From positions 1 through 64,000 of the IMG/VR virus record IMGVR_UViG_3300031414_000019: a stretch of 64,000 bases of DNA. One strand, written 5' to 3'. The DNA is from an uncultured virus (IMG/VR IMGVR_UViG_3300031414_000019). Taxonomy: Duplodnaviria > Heunggongvirae > Uroviricota > Caudoviricetes. Of the stretch, positions 37,188 to 47,823 are shown in pieces (the first letter of the stretch is position 1; the number at the start of each line of letters is the position of its first letter). Position numbers and translations under genes: made by a program. The notes beneath the pieces are model-generated. The model was not told the DNA's origin and searched no databases. It saw only the letters and a program-made list of their open reading frames with translations.

Positions 37188-40099
37188 TTATCGATAGTCT
37201 GGAGCTTGTGGTTCACGAAGTCGTATGCGATGTCTTCCTGCACGCGCAAGATCCCCTCTGGTAAAACAACCAGCTTACGCTTCACTGCGCAACGAGTAGA
37301 TTCGTCAATGGCGGTGTAGGTTGAGATATCCTTAGTTGGACCAAGGTCATCCAACTTAACGCCAATAACGTCAGTACCGGCCGCTGCCGTAATTCGAGAG
37401 ATGATGTCAGACACAGAGACAGTGTTACGTGCCAATACACTGTTGATGATATCAGATGCACTTTGCGACAACGCGGTACGCAGTTCGGTGTTGGCATAAC
37501 TAACCAACGACATGACGTAGGTGACGTGGAACTGCATCCCTGCTGGGACACTAACCTCACGACCATCGTTTATGACGATACGACTGTACCCCAGACTGCG
37601 TTTCGGATAGAAGCGGATAAAGGTGTTCTCAATCAGCTTTTCTCCAATCTCAGTGATAGGTCCAGTGATCCAGTCTACCAGCGCACTTGGTACGTACTGT
37701 GCGTATTCTACGTCTTCTGGGTCAGTAGCGAAATAGTAGACGCCATCCAACATCAGAATATCAAACTGACGTTCCGTCTTACGGTCCAGGAGTTTGATAG
37801 GTTTACCATCAGCGTCAAGCTTAGCCGTTCCAGCCTGATGTGCGATCTTCTGCTTACCCGTTTCTGGGTCGATTACTGGATCGCCTTTACGATGTTCGTA
37901 GACGTAGTTCACCTTGCCGTCTTTGATTTCGACGACAGGTTTACCACCTTCACGTTTAGGGATGTCCTCTTCGTAGTACGCGAGAACGTCAGTGCCCCAC
38001 ATCGCATAGCGCTCACTACCCGCCACGTTACGTGCACGACTCCACAGACCAGTTAGGTCGTCGCCCGTCACCACAGAGATACGGTTACGAGAAACACCAT
38101 GACTGTTTGATGGCAGCAACATGTTACCCATCCAGGTATCGAGGCTGCGGGCTTCCAGTTGATACACGTCGTAGTCAGACACCGCATACACGAGATCCCA
38201 GTCACCTTTCAGTGGCATGGCAATTTCGCGACTTGCGTTGTTGAACATGGCGAAGTTTTCAACGATCAGACTGTGCTTCGGTGTAACGTCCCAATTTGTT
38301 TCAATGTCAAAGCGGTACACTCGCTCACCGTTTAACAAATTAGGCTCTTGCACGCCATTCATGAAGGCCCACCCGGTATCGCCTTCTGGTTGGAAGGCTA
38401 ACTGCAAGTGAGTCTGGTCGTCGCGCAACGCTTTCCATCCATCGTCTGACTTAGTGGTAACGATCAAAGAGAAACCGGTAGCCGTCTTCTCGATCGTCAT
38501 CGTATCAGGTGCAACACCAAGCATTGTAGTTTCGTTCCGGTCGATAAACTCGCGCCGAGTAATGCGTGGGTTCTCCATGTAATATGGACGAGCCGTGAAC
38601 TTATTGTCTGCGGTGTCAAGGACGTAATGGAACGGAGTCCAGAGATACTGGACGTTGTTAATCTGGTTAGCCAATACATCGGATGACATGGCATACATCA
38701 TCTTTTTCTCCGCATCCGAAACGATATTTAAAGCATCGTCGCGAATAGCAAAGAGGGTGTCTGGCTTGATGGTGATGCGAGTACCGTTATCGGCCACAGT
38801 TTCATAACCGACCAGCGATTCGATCGTAGACTGGAATAACTCCATACTACAACCAAGGCCAGTAGAAAATTTACCTGTGGTCGGCGCTGGCATCGGACGA
38901 GTAGCCAGATACGTACGTGAGTTGATGTCATCGATGGACTTCAGGATATCAAACCCTGCGCGTTCTACGGTGGTTTTCAGCTGTGCATCAGTGATAGGGT
39001 TATCCGTGTGGTTAGCATTGTGGATAACGCGCTCACGGAGCTGCTCGAAGGTTAACCCGTTAGTACCGCCATTGACCTTTTGAGTACAATAGAAGTACAT
39101 GTCGTTGAACGCCCCCAGTGGTGCACTGTAGATAGACTCTTCCACAGTCTCTTCGGGATCGTTAAATTCCATCTGGTAATTAGACGGAGCGAAACCGGAG
39201 AGGTCTAAGTTGATTACGCCGCGACTTGTGTAAACATCAATGCGAATCTCATTAGTGATCTTTTTGGTTGTGATATAGATCTGTGGGATAGTAACCGATA
39301 AGCTGTTCTCTGTTACCTGCAACAGTGCGGTTGGGGTATTTGGATCTTGCACTTGCTTACTGTGCGTAGTATCCACTTCCAACCACGTACCATCAGACAG
39401 CTTACGCCAAACACGACAGTAGAAATACTGATCGGTCAAGCTGTACTTCTGTGTGACGGTAGACCCAGGTGCGATTGGTACCGAGTGTGAGGTTAGCTTA
39501 AACTGCAACACCGGAAGAACCATGGTGATATAGTCAACAGTGTCCTGGGTGGAGGCATACCACTCGACCAGGTTGGTATCCAGCGACTTGATAGGACTCT
39601 CTACGCTGTTGTCGTAGGTAATCTCAATCCCACCATACGGCATCAAACGAGCCACTACCGGATAAAGGGTAGTAAACGTGTAGTCGTTTACTGTCCAACT
39701 GGTATTGCGTGGAATGATCAACTGTTTAATACGAGTGTTTGGCACGTCAACCATACGCTGAATTAATTCAGCGCGTGACATAGCAAATTCAAACTCAGTT
39801 TCAGCTGGCGTACAGAAACGATCCAGATAATCTACGTTAGCCATATGGCAATACAGATCCTCGTAGGTTTGTGCCAACTGAGGGTACTGACGACGTGCTA
39901 ACGATTCGATGGAGGACATCCCGGCTAAGTGCATTGCAATACCAGCACCCAGCAGTGTATTGAATGGTGTGGAACCATCGACAATATCGATTTCGCCATT
40001 CGTCGCACTCTCGATTGCCTCGTACACTTGATCCTGCACGAGACTAGGATTAAGCCTCGCCTGACCGATGGCCGTAGCCAGTTCAGAGATTTTAGTCAT
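37181..40099 (-). CDS. Large baseplate wedge protein (phiKZ gp87-like; T4 gp6/BppJ-like)
   Basis: 972 aa, reverse strand as in the gp87-88 pair. Contains AQTYEDLYCHM, PA...F, IIPRNT and GG.NG..FEQLRER baseplate-J-like motifs. Confidence 0.75.
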   Translation of the reverse strand: MTKISELATAIGQARLNPSLVQDQVYEAIESATNGEIDIVDGSTPFNTLLGAGIAMHLAGMSSIESLARRQYPQLAQTYEDLYCHMANVDYLDRFCTPAETEFEFAMSRAELIQRMVDVPNTRIKQLIIPRNTSWTVNDYTFTTLYPVVARLMPYGGIEITYDNSVESPIKSLDTNLVEWYASTQDTVDYITMVLPVLQFKLTSHSVPIAPGSTVTQKYSLTDQYFYCRVWRKLSDGTWLEVDTTHSKQVQDPNTPTALLQVTENSLSVTIPQIYITTKKITNEIRIDVYTSRGVINLDLSGFAPSNYQMEFNDPEETVEESIYSAPLGAFNDMYFYCTQKVNGGTNGLTFEQLRERVIHNANHTDNPITDAQLKTTVERAGFDILKSIDDINSRTYLATRPMPAPTTGKFSTGLGCSMELFQSTIESLVGYETVADNGTRITIKPDTLFAIRDDALNIVSDAEKKMMYAMSSDVLANQINNVQYLWTPFHYVLDTADNKFTARPYYMENPRITRREFIDRNETTMLGVAPDTMTIEKTATGFSLIVTTKSDDGWKALRDDQTHLQLAFQPEGDTGWAFMNGVQEPNLLNGERVYRFDIETNWDVTPKHSLIVENFAMFNNASREIAMPLKGDWDLVYAVSDYDVYQLEARSLDTWMGNMLLPSNSHGVSRNRISVVTGDDLTGLWSRARNVAGSERYAMWGTDVLAYYEEDIPKREGGKPVVEIKDGKVNYVYEHRKGDPVIDPETGKQKIAHQAGTAKLDADGKPIKLLDRKTERQFDILMLDGVYYFATDPEDVEYAQYVPSALVDWITGPITEIGEKLIENTFIRFYPKRSLGYSRIVINDGREVSVPAGMQFHVTYVMSLVSYANTELRTALSQSASDIINSVLARNTVSVSDIISRITAAAGTDVIGVKLDDLGPTKDISTYTAIDESTRCAVKRKLVVLPEGILRVQEDIAYDFVNHKLQTIDKA

Positions 40100-41177
40100 T
40101 GTTATCGCCCTTTAAAGCATTGTAATACTGCGCTTCAGCCACAGGCACCCACCACTCTAACTCCAGCGTCTCCTCATTGATATGAGGTAGTCCACGGTAG
40201 TTATAGTCCCGCAACAGATCGTTGGGTACTTTGACGTACGCGGTGCTCGTGCCTTCAATGGATTCTTTTAACTGCGGACACCACCGGAAAGTTGTCTTGT
40301 TGAACCAATAGATAATGATTGGATCGTTATACAATGCACCGGTAGCACGGAAGGGAACTGTGATTTGCGCAGTGTCGTCCATATATGGCTTTTCTGCGTT
40401 ATAATTCATTGATGCGCCAATGCTGATAGCTGTCGGATAAGCAGCACCACAACATGCGATCTTTTGAACGTAACGACGAGACGGGTCAAGGACTAAGCGA
40501 TAGATTCGCGTTTCGTAATCCTTTTCGTTCTCCAGCATGCTTTCTGGGTAGGGCATCAGGTCACCACGATACACCCAACCACTGTAGAGCAGCCAAACTA
40601 AAAACATTAATGTTATAGGGTCACCAGGCACGTTTCTGAAGTTGGCTGTCAGGGTATAGCTATCGAGGATTTCCCCGATACTGTCAATCTGGCTATACGT
40701 CTGCCGCGCCTTACCTTCGGGTGAGGTGTAGCTATCCATGTCAATGTCTTTCCACCCGTTCAAACTGATCAGGTTGTTTGACAACAATGGGATAAACGGA
40801 CAGAAACGATCGACCAGCGGTGTGCTGATGGGCGTGTTGTTGTGCCTCTTTGCCCCTGGCGGCAGATCGAGGTTCCAGTTCCCACGCGGGTCCAGATAGG
40901 CTCGCACCATACGTGGAATGCTGTACTCTTCGTTTGACGCAAGAATACTGAGCACACGCTTTGTAATCAAATTACTCTCACTCAGGTTGAAGTTAGGCCG
41001 GGTGAGAAAAATCAAACCGTTATTATCAAGGTTGGTTGTAACGGGGTTACCAAGACCACGGTGGTTGAAGCCGCGCATCATCAGACTGTTGGCGATGCTT
41101 AGTTCGCCCAGACCATTCTGTCGTGAGATCAAATTTATCTGCCGGATAATTTCGGCTTGATCATTCGGGTTATACAT
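40092..41177 (-). CDS. Baseplate/tail tube-like structural protein (phiKZ gp88-like)
   Basis: 361 aa with G.IFLTRP.FNLS and DYETRIYRLVLD motifs; synteny. Confidence 0.7.
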   Translation of the reverse strand: MYNPNDQAEIIRQINLISRQNGLGELSIANSLMMRGFNHRGLGNPVTTNLDNNGLIFLTRPNFNLSESNLITKRVLSILASNEEYSIPRMVRAYLDPRGNWNLDLPPGAKRHNNTPISTPLVDRFCPFIPLLSNNLISLNGWKDIDMDSYTSPEGKARQTYSQIDSIGEILDSYTLTANFRNVPGDPITLMFLVWLLYSGWVYRGDLMPYPESMLENEKDYETRIYRLVLDPSRRYVQKIACCGAAYPTAISIGASMNYNAEKPYMDDTAQITVPFRATGALYNDPIIIYWFNKTTFRWCPQLKESIEGTSTAYVKVPNDLLRDYNYRGLPHINEETLELEWWVPVAEAQYYNALKGDNND

Positions 41178-41218
41178 AAAGACCGCCTATTCATTTTAAT
41201 CTATATACGAGGTAAACG

Positions 41219-42298
41219 ATGTTAAGTCCTCTCGCAGCCACCATCGCAGGTGAGGTTGGCGAAAAAGCTCTTAATGTGGTAAAAGCACTTACCCAGAAAG
41301 AGAAGTCTCTGCTCGATTTTATCCGAGTAGGGCAAGTTACTCCGATGGTCATCGTCGACAGTGACATTCGCCATAACCCGACCACTAAAGACATCCTTCA
41401 TGTTCTCTCTACCCTGTTCACTGCATATTACATGCAGGCCCTGGTGTACGAAGATCTGATCGATGACGTTCGTATCACGCAGCGTCTGGAGAAATTCAAT
41501 CCGGCACAGAGCAAACCGCTGTTTAAATCTATCGGTGTTGAGTCCCTGGGTGGCTACGGTTTAGGCCCTACCACAAAAGCTGGACTGGAAGCATATGATA
41601 AGGCCGGCAAAGGCGGCAGCGAAGTGTTCACTAAAGAGAACACTGCTGAGTTGTACGAAGATCGTTCACTGGCCGTCGGTAAAACGATCACCATCAAGCT
41701 GCACGATCGCGCTGGTAACCCACGCCCAACCCCAGTAACCATTCGTCTGGTTCCTATGACCATGGACAGTGGCGCACTGCTCTCCGCCTATAGCCTGGGT
41801 TCTCGTTGGAACACCGAGTCTGAGCGTAAGCACCGCGTTAACCAGGGTGAACTGCACTGGTTCTGGGATTACTGGTTGAAGCGTGACCTGATTCGCGAAC
41901 ATCAGCAGGCGTTACTCAATGACAAGTCTGGCGTCTATGCCTCACTGTCTGAGCGCCGTAGCAGCAAACTGTTGAGCGCTATTGTAAACGGCGAGCAGTC
42001 TGTTGCAGCCGCTGCGGCAATGAGCATTATCTCTGCTAAAACCGCAAAAGAACTGGAACGTCGTCTGGGTGGTAAGCTCTCGAACTTCAAAACTCGTGAG
42101 CAGCTGTTCGAAACCACTGGTCTGATGCTCCTGGTTGTATTCGATCCTAACTTCGAACAAATGACTTTCTACTATAGCGGTACACCTGATGCAAGTCAGC
42201 TGTCTGCCAGCGAAGTGAAGTCAAGTGGTAAGAAGCAGGATGTGAACGTAATGGAACTGATCAATACATTCATGTCCAAAGGCGCACCGAGCTTTTAA
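41219..42298 (+). CDS. Inner body/head protein (phiKZ gp89-like)
   Basis: Divergent from gp88-like. GVE/GLE processing-type sites, LAVGK and DLIREH motifs. Confidence 0.7.
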   Translation: MLSPLAATIAGEVGEKALNVVKALTQKEKSLLDFIRVGQVTPMVIVDSDIRHNPTTKDILHVLSTLFTAYYMQALVYEDLIDDVRITQRLEKFNPAQSKPLFKSIGVESLGGYGLGPTTKAGLEAYDKAGKGGSEVFTKENTAELYEDRSLAVGKTITIKLHDRAGNPRPTPVTIRLVPMTMDSGALLSAYSLGSRWNTESERKHRVNQGELHWFWDYWLKRDLIREHQQALLNDKSGVYASLSERRSSKLLSAIVNGEQSVAAAAAMSIISAKTAKELERRLGGKLSNFKTREQLFETTGLMLLVVFDPNFEQMTFYYSGTPDASQLSASEVKSSGKKQDVNVMELINTFMSKGAPSF

Positions 42299-42309
42299 TT
42301 GAGGGTATC

Positions 42310-43209
42310 ATGGAAACTACTGAATTTTTGAGCCTGCTGCCGGCCACTGTTGATCGTAACATGGTTATCGGCCAGCTGCGTTCCCAAATGGGGAACATGA
42401 CTGAAAACGTTATCCCTTCATTTAAAGCAAGCCAAGACGTCTTTGACGGTAACTACAAGTTCCGTTCACAGCTGGCTCGCACGGTGGAGACCACATTTGT
42501 TCGTCAGCGCATGACAGCTAACCGCACCAACTGGATTGGTGATGTTCTGACTGCACTGGAAACGGCGTCTGAAGTTATTCCTCGCTTCCTGTCCGAAGTC
42601 GAGAAACTGAACAGTGGCATTATTACTCGTGATGGCATTGACTTACGCACAGCAAACATCCTGCAACTCGCAGAGATGAATAAATTCATGCTGAGCTACG
42701 CGCCGAAACTTCTGCTGTGGGTCATGGCCGCTGAAGGTGCTGCAACTAGCGCGCATGTAAAAGAAAATATCACTCGTGGCGAAAGCGAGTGGTTAACTCA
42801 GAACCTGGTTGGTTTTGCAGCAGTCGTTCGTCTGTACTGCCGCCCTGCCAGTGAGATCAACAAAAAGCTCGACGGTGTCGCTAAGATCCCAGTTGCGGGC
42901 ATTGACTTTGAAACAGCCACTGCGGTTGATTTCGCTAAAGTCGATCCGATGCGCATGGGTTTCATCGGCGAAGACATGCTGGTCGCCCTGGTATCCGGCA
43001 TCAGCTATCGTCTGGGTAAAGTATGGGCAGAGTTCAGTGTCAAAGAGCACAACGAACAGAAAGAACTCAAGACTGCTCTTGAGCTGCGTCTGATCGAACT
43101 GCGTATGGCACAGAACGGTACTACTGATGCGGTTCTTACTAAGCGCATTAAGTACACCGAAGACCGCCTGTCTAAACTGAGCTATCAGATTGCGCAATAC
43201 GGGGTGTAA
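42310..43209 (+). CDS. Inner body/head protein (phiKZ gp90-like)
   Basis: 299 aa with VDPMRMGF and a C-terminal coiled coil; synteny. Confidence 0.7.
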   Translation: METTEFLSLLPATVDRNMVIGQLRSQMGNMTENVIPSFKASQDVFDGNYKFRSQLARTVETTFVRQRMTANRTNWIGDVLTALETASEVIPRFLSEVEKLNSGIITRDGIDLRTANILQLAEMNKFMLSYAPKLLLWVMAAEGAATSAHVKENITRGESEWLTQNLVGFAAVVRLYCRPASEINKKLDGVAKIPVAGIDFETATAVDFAKVDPMRMGFIGEDMLVALVSGISYRLGKVWAEFSVKEHNEQKELKTALELRLIELRMAQNGTTDAVLTKRIKYTEDRLSKLSYQIAQYGV

Positions 43210-43212
43210 TGA

Positions 43213-43740
43213 ATGTACGCAAAAATCTACGGTCATTACCCATTAGGGTATCGTCGTGTTTTGCGTCCAGGTGAGAAAAAGCTCGACTCGGCTCCTGATG
43301 ACCAAGTAACGGAAGAGTACGTCCGTTGGCAACAGGACCGGGCGGGTTTCCGCAGCTGGGCCACACACGAGAACGCCATCAAACTGGCGATCAGCCTCTT
43401 CGGCGACTTTAAAACCTGGCTGCGTGAGCAACAGGACAACCCGAATCTTTCACTGCATGGCTGGAACTTCCTGCTGGAAACCATCCGCTTCATTAATACG
43501 GGCGAGCGTCGGATTAATATCTTTACGCACACCTCGATGATTCTGATGGATGCCGAAGCTTTTAACCGGTTACCTATCCGTGACCGTAAAGAGCACCTCT
43601 CTGCTCTGTTAGAAGCATCGTCCGATACGGTGTTCTGCCACTGGTTACGTCAGCCTAACGGTTTCTCCGATATGCTATGTAGCCTTGCTGTATTTTTCGG
43701 TAACACGCAGCCAAAGGGCAGCGTTACCTGGGCCTCTTAA
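43213..43740 (+). CDS. Head protein (phiKZ gp91-like)
   Basis: 175 aa, YPLGYR N-terminus, W.RQPNGF.DM C-terminus; synteny. Confidence 0.6.
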   Translation: MYAKIYGHYPLGYRRVLRPGEKKLDSAPDDQVTEEYVRWQQDRAGFRSWATHENAIKLAISLFGDFKTWLREQQDNPNLSLHGWNFLLETIRFINTGERRINIFTHTSMILMDAEAFNRLPIRDRKEHLSALLEASSDTVFCHWLRQPNGFSDMLCSLAVFFGNTQPKGSVTWAS

Positions 43741-43758
43741 AACTGGAGTTCTTCCCCA

Positions 43759-45018
43759 ATGAGAAATAAACGTGTACTTCGTGCTGCTCTGGAGAGTCGC
43801 ATTGAAGAAGTTACTGCCGAACTCGCACCTGCTGGTGACGTAGTTGTTGCACAGGTTGATACCGTTCTGCCGGAAGGCGAGAGCGTTATCGTTGTTGACT
43901 CTGCTGACGTAGAGCTGGAAGCGGTTCGCCGTGCTCAGGCTGAAACCGTCGATACCGTTGACGCAATCGACCAACTGGTTCAGGCTGCTGATCAACTGGA
44001 TGGTGTGCGTAGCAATATTGCTGCCACCCTGCCTAACGGCGGTCTGACCCAGGGCGAAGCTGTTGCCTATGCTACTGCTACCGACGTCATCACTGCTGAC
44101 CTTGGCGTGAAAGAAGTTATCCCAGCAATGGAAAACTTCGGTGGTTCAATGTCTCGCCTGCAAGCGACTCAGGAATCACTGTCTTCTGTGACTGCTGTGA
44201 TCAAACGTATTGTTGGCCGTGCACTGGAGCTGCTGGACAGCCTTCTGGAGCGTATCGGTAAACTGGCCGTGCGCATCGTTGAATATTTCACTAGCGATAA
44301 ATCTCGCCTGGCGAAATACGAGCAGATTCTGGCTAAAGCCGACCGCAATCGTCGCGTTTCCTTTAAGGTCTCTGCTGAAGACGCTACCCTGCTGGGTCTG
44401 TCTGGCAACGGCTTTAAATCGGTTAGCAGCATCGAGACCCTGTTCTCTACCCTGGCGCTGGCCGCGCAGTCTGGCGTCGAACTGGCAACCAATCCAACTC
44501 CGGATGAGTTCTCAGGCAAAGCTAAAGATCTGAAAGGTGTTCTTTCTGGTGGTACCCGTAAAGAAGGTAACGTTGTTAAGACCGAAGCGATCAACGGTGT
44601 GCAGATCATCGAAACCCTGCCTTCAGGCGACGACGACTTCACCTCTTACGACCTGGAACTGGTTACTCCTGACATTGGCGAGTCTAGTGTTGAAGTTACC
44701 GTATCCGTGGCCGATCTCCAGGCGCTGCTTAATCTCCTGAACAGCACCAGCACCAAAGTTCTGAGCAATGTTGCTCAGCAGGCTAAAGGCGCTAAAATCG
44801 GTGCAAACGTTGTTGGCTGGTTTGCTAACAAATTCGGTGAAGAAGAAGCCGCTGCTAAAGTTAGCGAATGGCGTCACGTCACCGTTGCGCGCGCGAGCCT
44901 GGCTCCTGCTGCGCTGGGTGTAGTTAACCGCATTGTTCAGGCATCCATGTCTGTACTGCGCTCTGGTTCTGCCAAAGCTACAACCAAAGAAGTACAGGGC
45001 CTGCCTAACAAAGCGTAA
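43759..45018 (+). CDS. Internal head/ejection protein paralog 1 (phiKZ gp93 / SPN3US gp53-54-type)
   Basis: ALE, PAMENFGG and ATQESL motifs followed by an amphipathic helix. Confidence 0.8.
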   Translation: MRNKRVLRAALESRIEEVTAELAPAGDVVVAQVDTVLPEGESVIVVDSADVELEAVRRAQAETVDTVDAIDQLVQAADQLDGVRSNIAATLPNGGLTQGEAVAYATATDVITADLGVKEVIPAMENFGGSMSRLQATQESLSSVTAVIKRIVGRALELLDSLLERIGKLAVRIVEYFTSDKSRLAKYEQILAKADRNRRVSFKVSAEDATLLGLSGNGFKSVSSIETLFSTLALAAQSGVELATNPTPDEFSGKAKDLKGVLSGGTRKEGNVVKTEAINGVQIIETLPSGDDDFTSYDLELVTPDIGESSVEVTVSVADLQALLNLLNSTSTKVLSNVAQQAKGAKIGANVVGWFANKFGEEEAAAKVSEWRHVTVARASLAPAALGVVNRIVQASMSVLRSGSAKATTKEVQGLPNKA

Positions 45019-45039
45019 GGTAGCCACATGTGCTAAGTA

Positions 45040-45074
45040 GAAAGAGGGGCATTGGCCCCTCTTTTTATGCCGTC
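45040..45074 (+). terminator. Hairpin terminator
   Basis: AAAGAGGGGC-ATTG-GCCCCTCTTT then TTATGCCG. Confidence 0.75.
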
Positions 45075-45141
45075 TTTAAAAAGCCAGGTATTTTATGTGC
45101 ACTGGTCTGTGCTCTTTAATCGATCGAACTGGAGTTACACG

Positions 45142-46434
45142 ATGAACTACAAACAAATGATCAACCTCGGTTTGACGGCGTCTACTGAATCTCTTGATTC
45201 GATGATTCCGCCATTACCCGTTGATGGACAGTACACCGATGCGGTGCTCGATGACGTCACTAACGTCGAAGGGAGCATGGAAGACCTGAGTGCCGGCCTT
45301 CACGTCCTGTGCGGTGTCGCTGATAAACTGGTCACCATTCGAAATGCCATGGTATCGTCTGGTCCTCTGTCATCCGTATCGGTGGAAGCATACACCACCG
45401 CTATCGACAACCTACTGAACCCATTGGGTCTGAAAGATCTGATGATTTCTGCTGAAGGGTTTGCACACGATCCCGATGCGTCACTTAAATACAGCGCGGA
45501 AGGTATTCAGCAGGTATTGAATACTATCATCGAACGTCTGATCGAGTTGATTCAGGCTGCCGTAGAAAAAGGTAAAGAGTATATCACCAAACTCTTTGGG
45601 GCAACCGAACCACTGGAAAAGCGTCTGCAAACCACACTTGAGAAAGCAGATAAGCTATCTCTTGTTAGCGCTAGCAAGCCGACTGTTGAGATCACCGCAT
45701 CTGAAGCGGAATGGATTGTCGACGGGAAAGGGTCAATGGATATCAGCATGGCGGTTAAAGCCTACGATAACATGCTGGGTAGTGCGACCTACGGTAAACC
45801 TGAAGATGCTGCGCGTCTCATCCGCAGTGTTGTTAGCATCATGAAGGGTTGGACAACTAACATTGACGCGGCGTTCTCTGAAGATGCGTTTAAGAACGTT
45901 GACCGTCCTCCGATGTCAACGGCGTACAACCCTAAGACGGGTATCGATGAGAGTTTCGTCTATACGCCGTATGCACTTCACATCTCTGCTGATGTTCTCC
46001 CAACCATTGAGTTTGTTCCGCGCGAAGACCGTGAAGAGCCTAAAGGTAAGGTGCAGATCCCAGTGATTCAAACGATGGCAATGGTTTCATTCCTGACTGG
46101 TTTGAGTCGTGCTGTTAATACTCTCAAAGAGCAGCAACAGCGCTATGAAGAAGTGCAGACTGCAATGGCAGAGTACGGTCAGGTAGTTGAAAGCCTGAAA
46201 AGCATCCAGTTTGAGGATGAAGAGAAAGGTAGTCGTTTCCGTGACGTACTGATGATGGTTAATGCTAGCATCCGTAGTTATGGCGATTACCCTATCCGCG
46301 CTGCTGCTAAAGGCATTCACGGTGTGTCCGCGCTGGAGAGCGTAATGTCTAAAATGCTCAGTCAGGCTTACGGTAAGTCAGAAACAGACGCTGGCGCTAC
46401 GGGTACGGGAGCAGCCACGCAGGAGGCAAGTTAA
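45142..46434 (+). CDS. Internal head/ejection protein paralog 2
   Basis: ATG 45142 follows a GGAG RBS. STE, SME, SVE, SAEGF and SAEGI motifs. Confidence 0.8.
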   Translation: MNYKQMINLGLTASTESLDSMIPPLPVDGQYTDAVLDDVTNVEGSMEDLSAGLHVLCGVADKLVTIRNAMVSSGPLSSVSVEAYTTAIDNLLNPLGLKDLMISAEGFAHDPDASLKYSAEGIQQVLNTIIERLIELIQAAVEKGKEYITKLFGATEPLEKRLQTTLEKADKLSLVSASKPTVEITASEAEWIVDGKGSMDISMAVKAYDNMLGSATYGKPEDAARLIRSVVSIMKGWTTNIDAAFSEDAFKNVDRPPMSTAYNPKTGIDESFVYTPYALHISADVLPTIEFVPREDREEPKGKVQIPVIQTMAMVSFLTGLSRAVNTLKEQQQRYEEVQTAMAEYGQVVESLKSIQFEDEEKGSRFRDVLMMVNASIRSYGDYPIRAAAKGIHGVSALESVMSKMLSQAYGKSETDAGATGTGAATQEAS

Positions 46435-47777
46435 TGAAACCTGTTATGTTGCGCATGGACTCGACGGGTAAGATCTCTCAAGAGTCGTTGGGTGAGAAAC
46501 CCGCTGTCGACTACGGTGCTCGCTATGAGCGCTTACGCGAGCGTGCTGACCCGGAAGGTATCAGTATGGTTTATATGACTCTGGACAACCAGGGCATTCA
46601 AAACCACATCACTGGCATCGGTGATTTGATTTCTATAGCCGGCTCACTTGAGTCGTTGAATGAAACAGTCGAAGAGATGTTGCATGCTGGCGGAATGCCG
46701 CCGGAAAGTATCCAGCGCTTTGAAAAGTTGGCGAATGAAATAGCTGGCCCATTGGGTGAAGACCCGATTGTGTTAACTGACTCCGAAGGGGTGGTATCAA
46801 CCGAATCCTTGTCTGCTCGCGCTCGCGTTGCATATCAGGCCATTCAGAACAACCTGAAAGTGTTGGTCAACACGGTCAATCAGTATTTCCTTCGTTATCG
46901 TTCGCTGACGGGTAATCTACATCGTCAGTTAAAGACCCACCTCGCTGACTTGAAGAAAGTACGTTACAATGACCCCATTGAAATCGAAACCACGGTTGCC
47001 ATGGTGGGTATCTGTGACGAAGCAGGTAGCTTTGACCTGAACGTGGCTCGTGAAGCACTGCGTGCATTCGCTGACGAACTGAAGTGGGTCGTCAACATCC
47101 TGGCACCTGAGACAACTACCTTGCTGTCCTCAGTGTCTGGTTGGTTGGACGCCATTGAAGTTGGTGACGATACGGAAGTTAACGCATCGTTTGCTAAAGT
47201 AGATGGTATCCCTGCACCTACTGCACCGACTACCTGGGCAGCTGTGTCGCGTAACAAGCCAACCAAGGCGTTTCGTGAGACTAGCTCCACCCCAACATTT
47301 GCTGGACATCACTTCACCGCGATCAGTCCGGCTAATCCACCGAAGACCGACGTTGAGTATCTCACTAGTGTATTGATGGGCAGTGAGATTACGTACGGCA
47401 ATGAAAAGGATTCTACCCTTACGCTTGCAGAAGACATTGTTGAAATTGACAACATTGACACTGTTATCGAGATGGTAGAAAAAGCCATGGAGATTCTTGA
47501 CTATCACGACGTCTTTAATCTTCACTCTACTCGCTTAGTTAAAGAACTGAACGGGTTAATGAATGCCGGTCAAAGATTGATGCAACGGGCATCTGCTGCC
47601 GGTGAATTAAGTGAACCCTCTATCGCTAAGCTGGTGCTTGCTATACAGGCACCTCAGGCTATCTCACTGAGGGCACAGTCTCCATTCCGTGACGTATTAT
47701 ACGAAAGCGTTCGTGTCGTCACTGGTGTAGTGGGTCTGGCCTCTAGTGTAAAAACTACCTTGAGTTCAGCCGAATAA
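46434..47777 (+). CDS. Internal head/ejection protein paralog 3
   Basis: SQE, SLE and STESL motifs; coupled to the previous gene. Confidence 0.8.
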   Translation: MKPVMLRMDSTGKISQESLGEKPAVDYGARYERLRERADPEGISMVYMTLDNQGIQNHITGIGDLISIAGSLESLNETVEEMLHAGGMPPESIQRFEKLANEIAGPLGEDPIVLTDSEGVVSTESLSARARVAYQAIQNNLKVLVNTVNQYFLRYRSLTGNLHRQLKTHLADLKKVRYNDPIEIETTVAMVGICDEAGSFDLNVAREALRAFADELKWVVNILAPETTTLLSSVSGWLDAIEVGDDTEVNASFAKVDGIPAPTAPTTWAAVSRNKPTKAFRETSSTPTFAGHHFTAISPANPPKTDVEYLTSVLMGSEITYGNEKDSTLTLAEDIVEIDNIDTVIEMVEKAMEILDYHDVFNLHSTRLVKELNGLMNAGQRLMQRASAAGELSEPSIAKLVLAIQAPQAISLRAQSPFRDVLYESVRVVTGVVGLASSVKTTLSSAE

Positions 47778-47823
47778 TACGACCGAGTTCACTTTTCCCG
47801 TCCAATGAAAGGATAACTGTTTT

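Noticed and set aside
37463..38056. 197-aa plus-strand ORF (representative of many 60-200 aa nested ORFs in the track)
   Set aside because: It lies wholly antisense to a conserved baseplate gene. Such ORFs are expected by chance at about 50% GC.
45052..45141. Upstream start extensions in the ORF track (also 4501, 7513, 16133, 24569, 33087, 34832, 50365)
   Set aside because: They run through terminator, promoter or RBS regions. Downstream ATGs, most with a clear RBS, were preferred.
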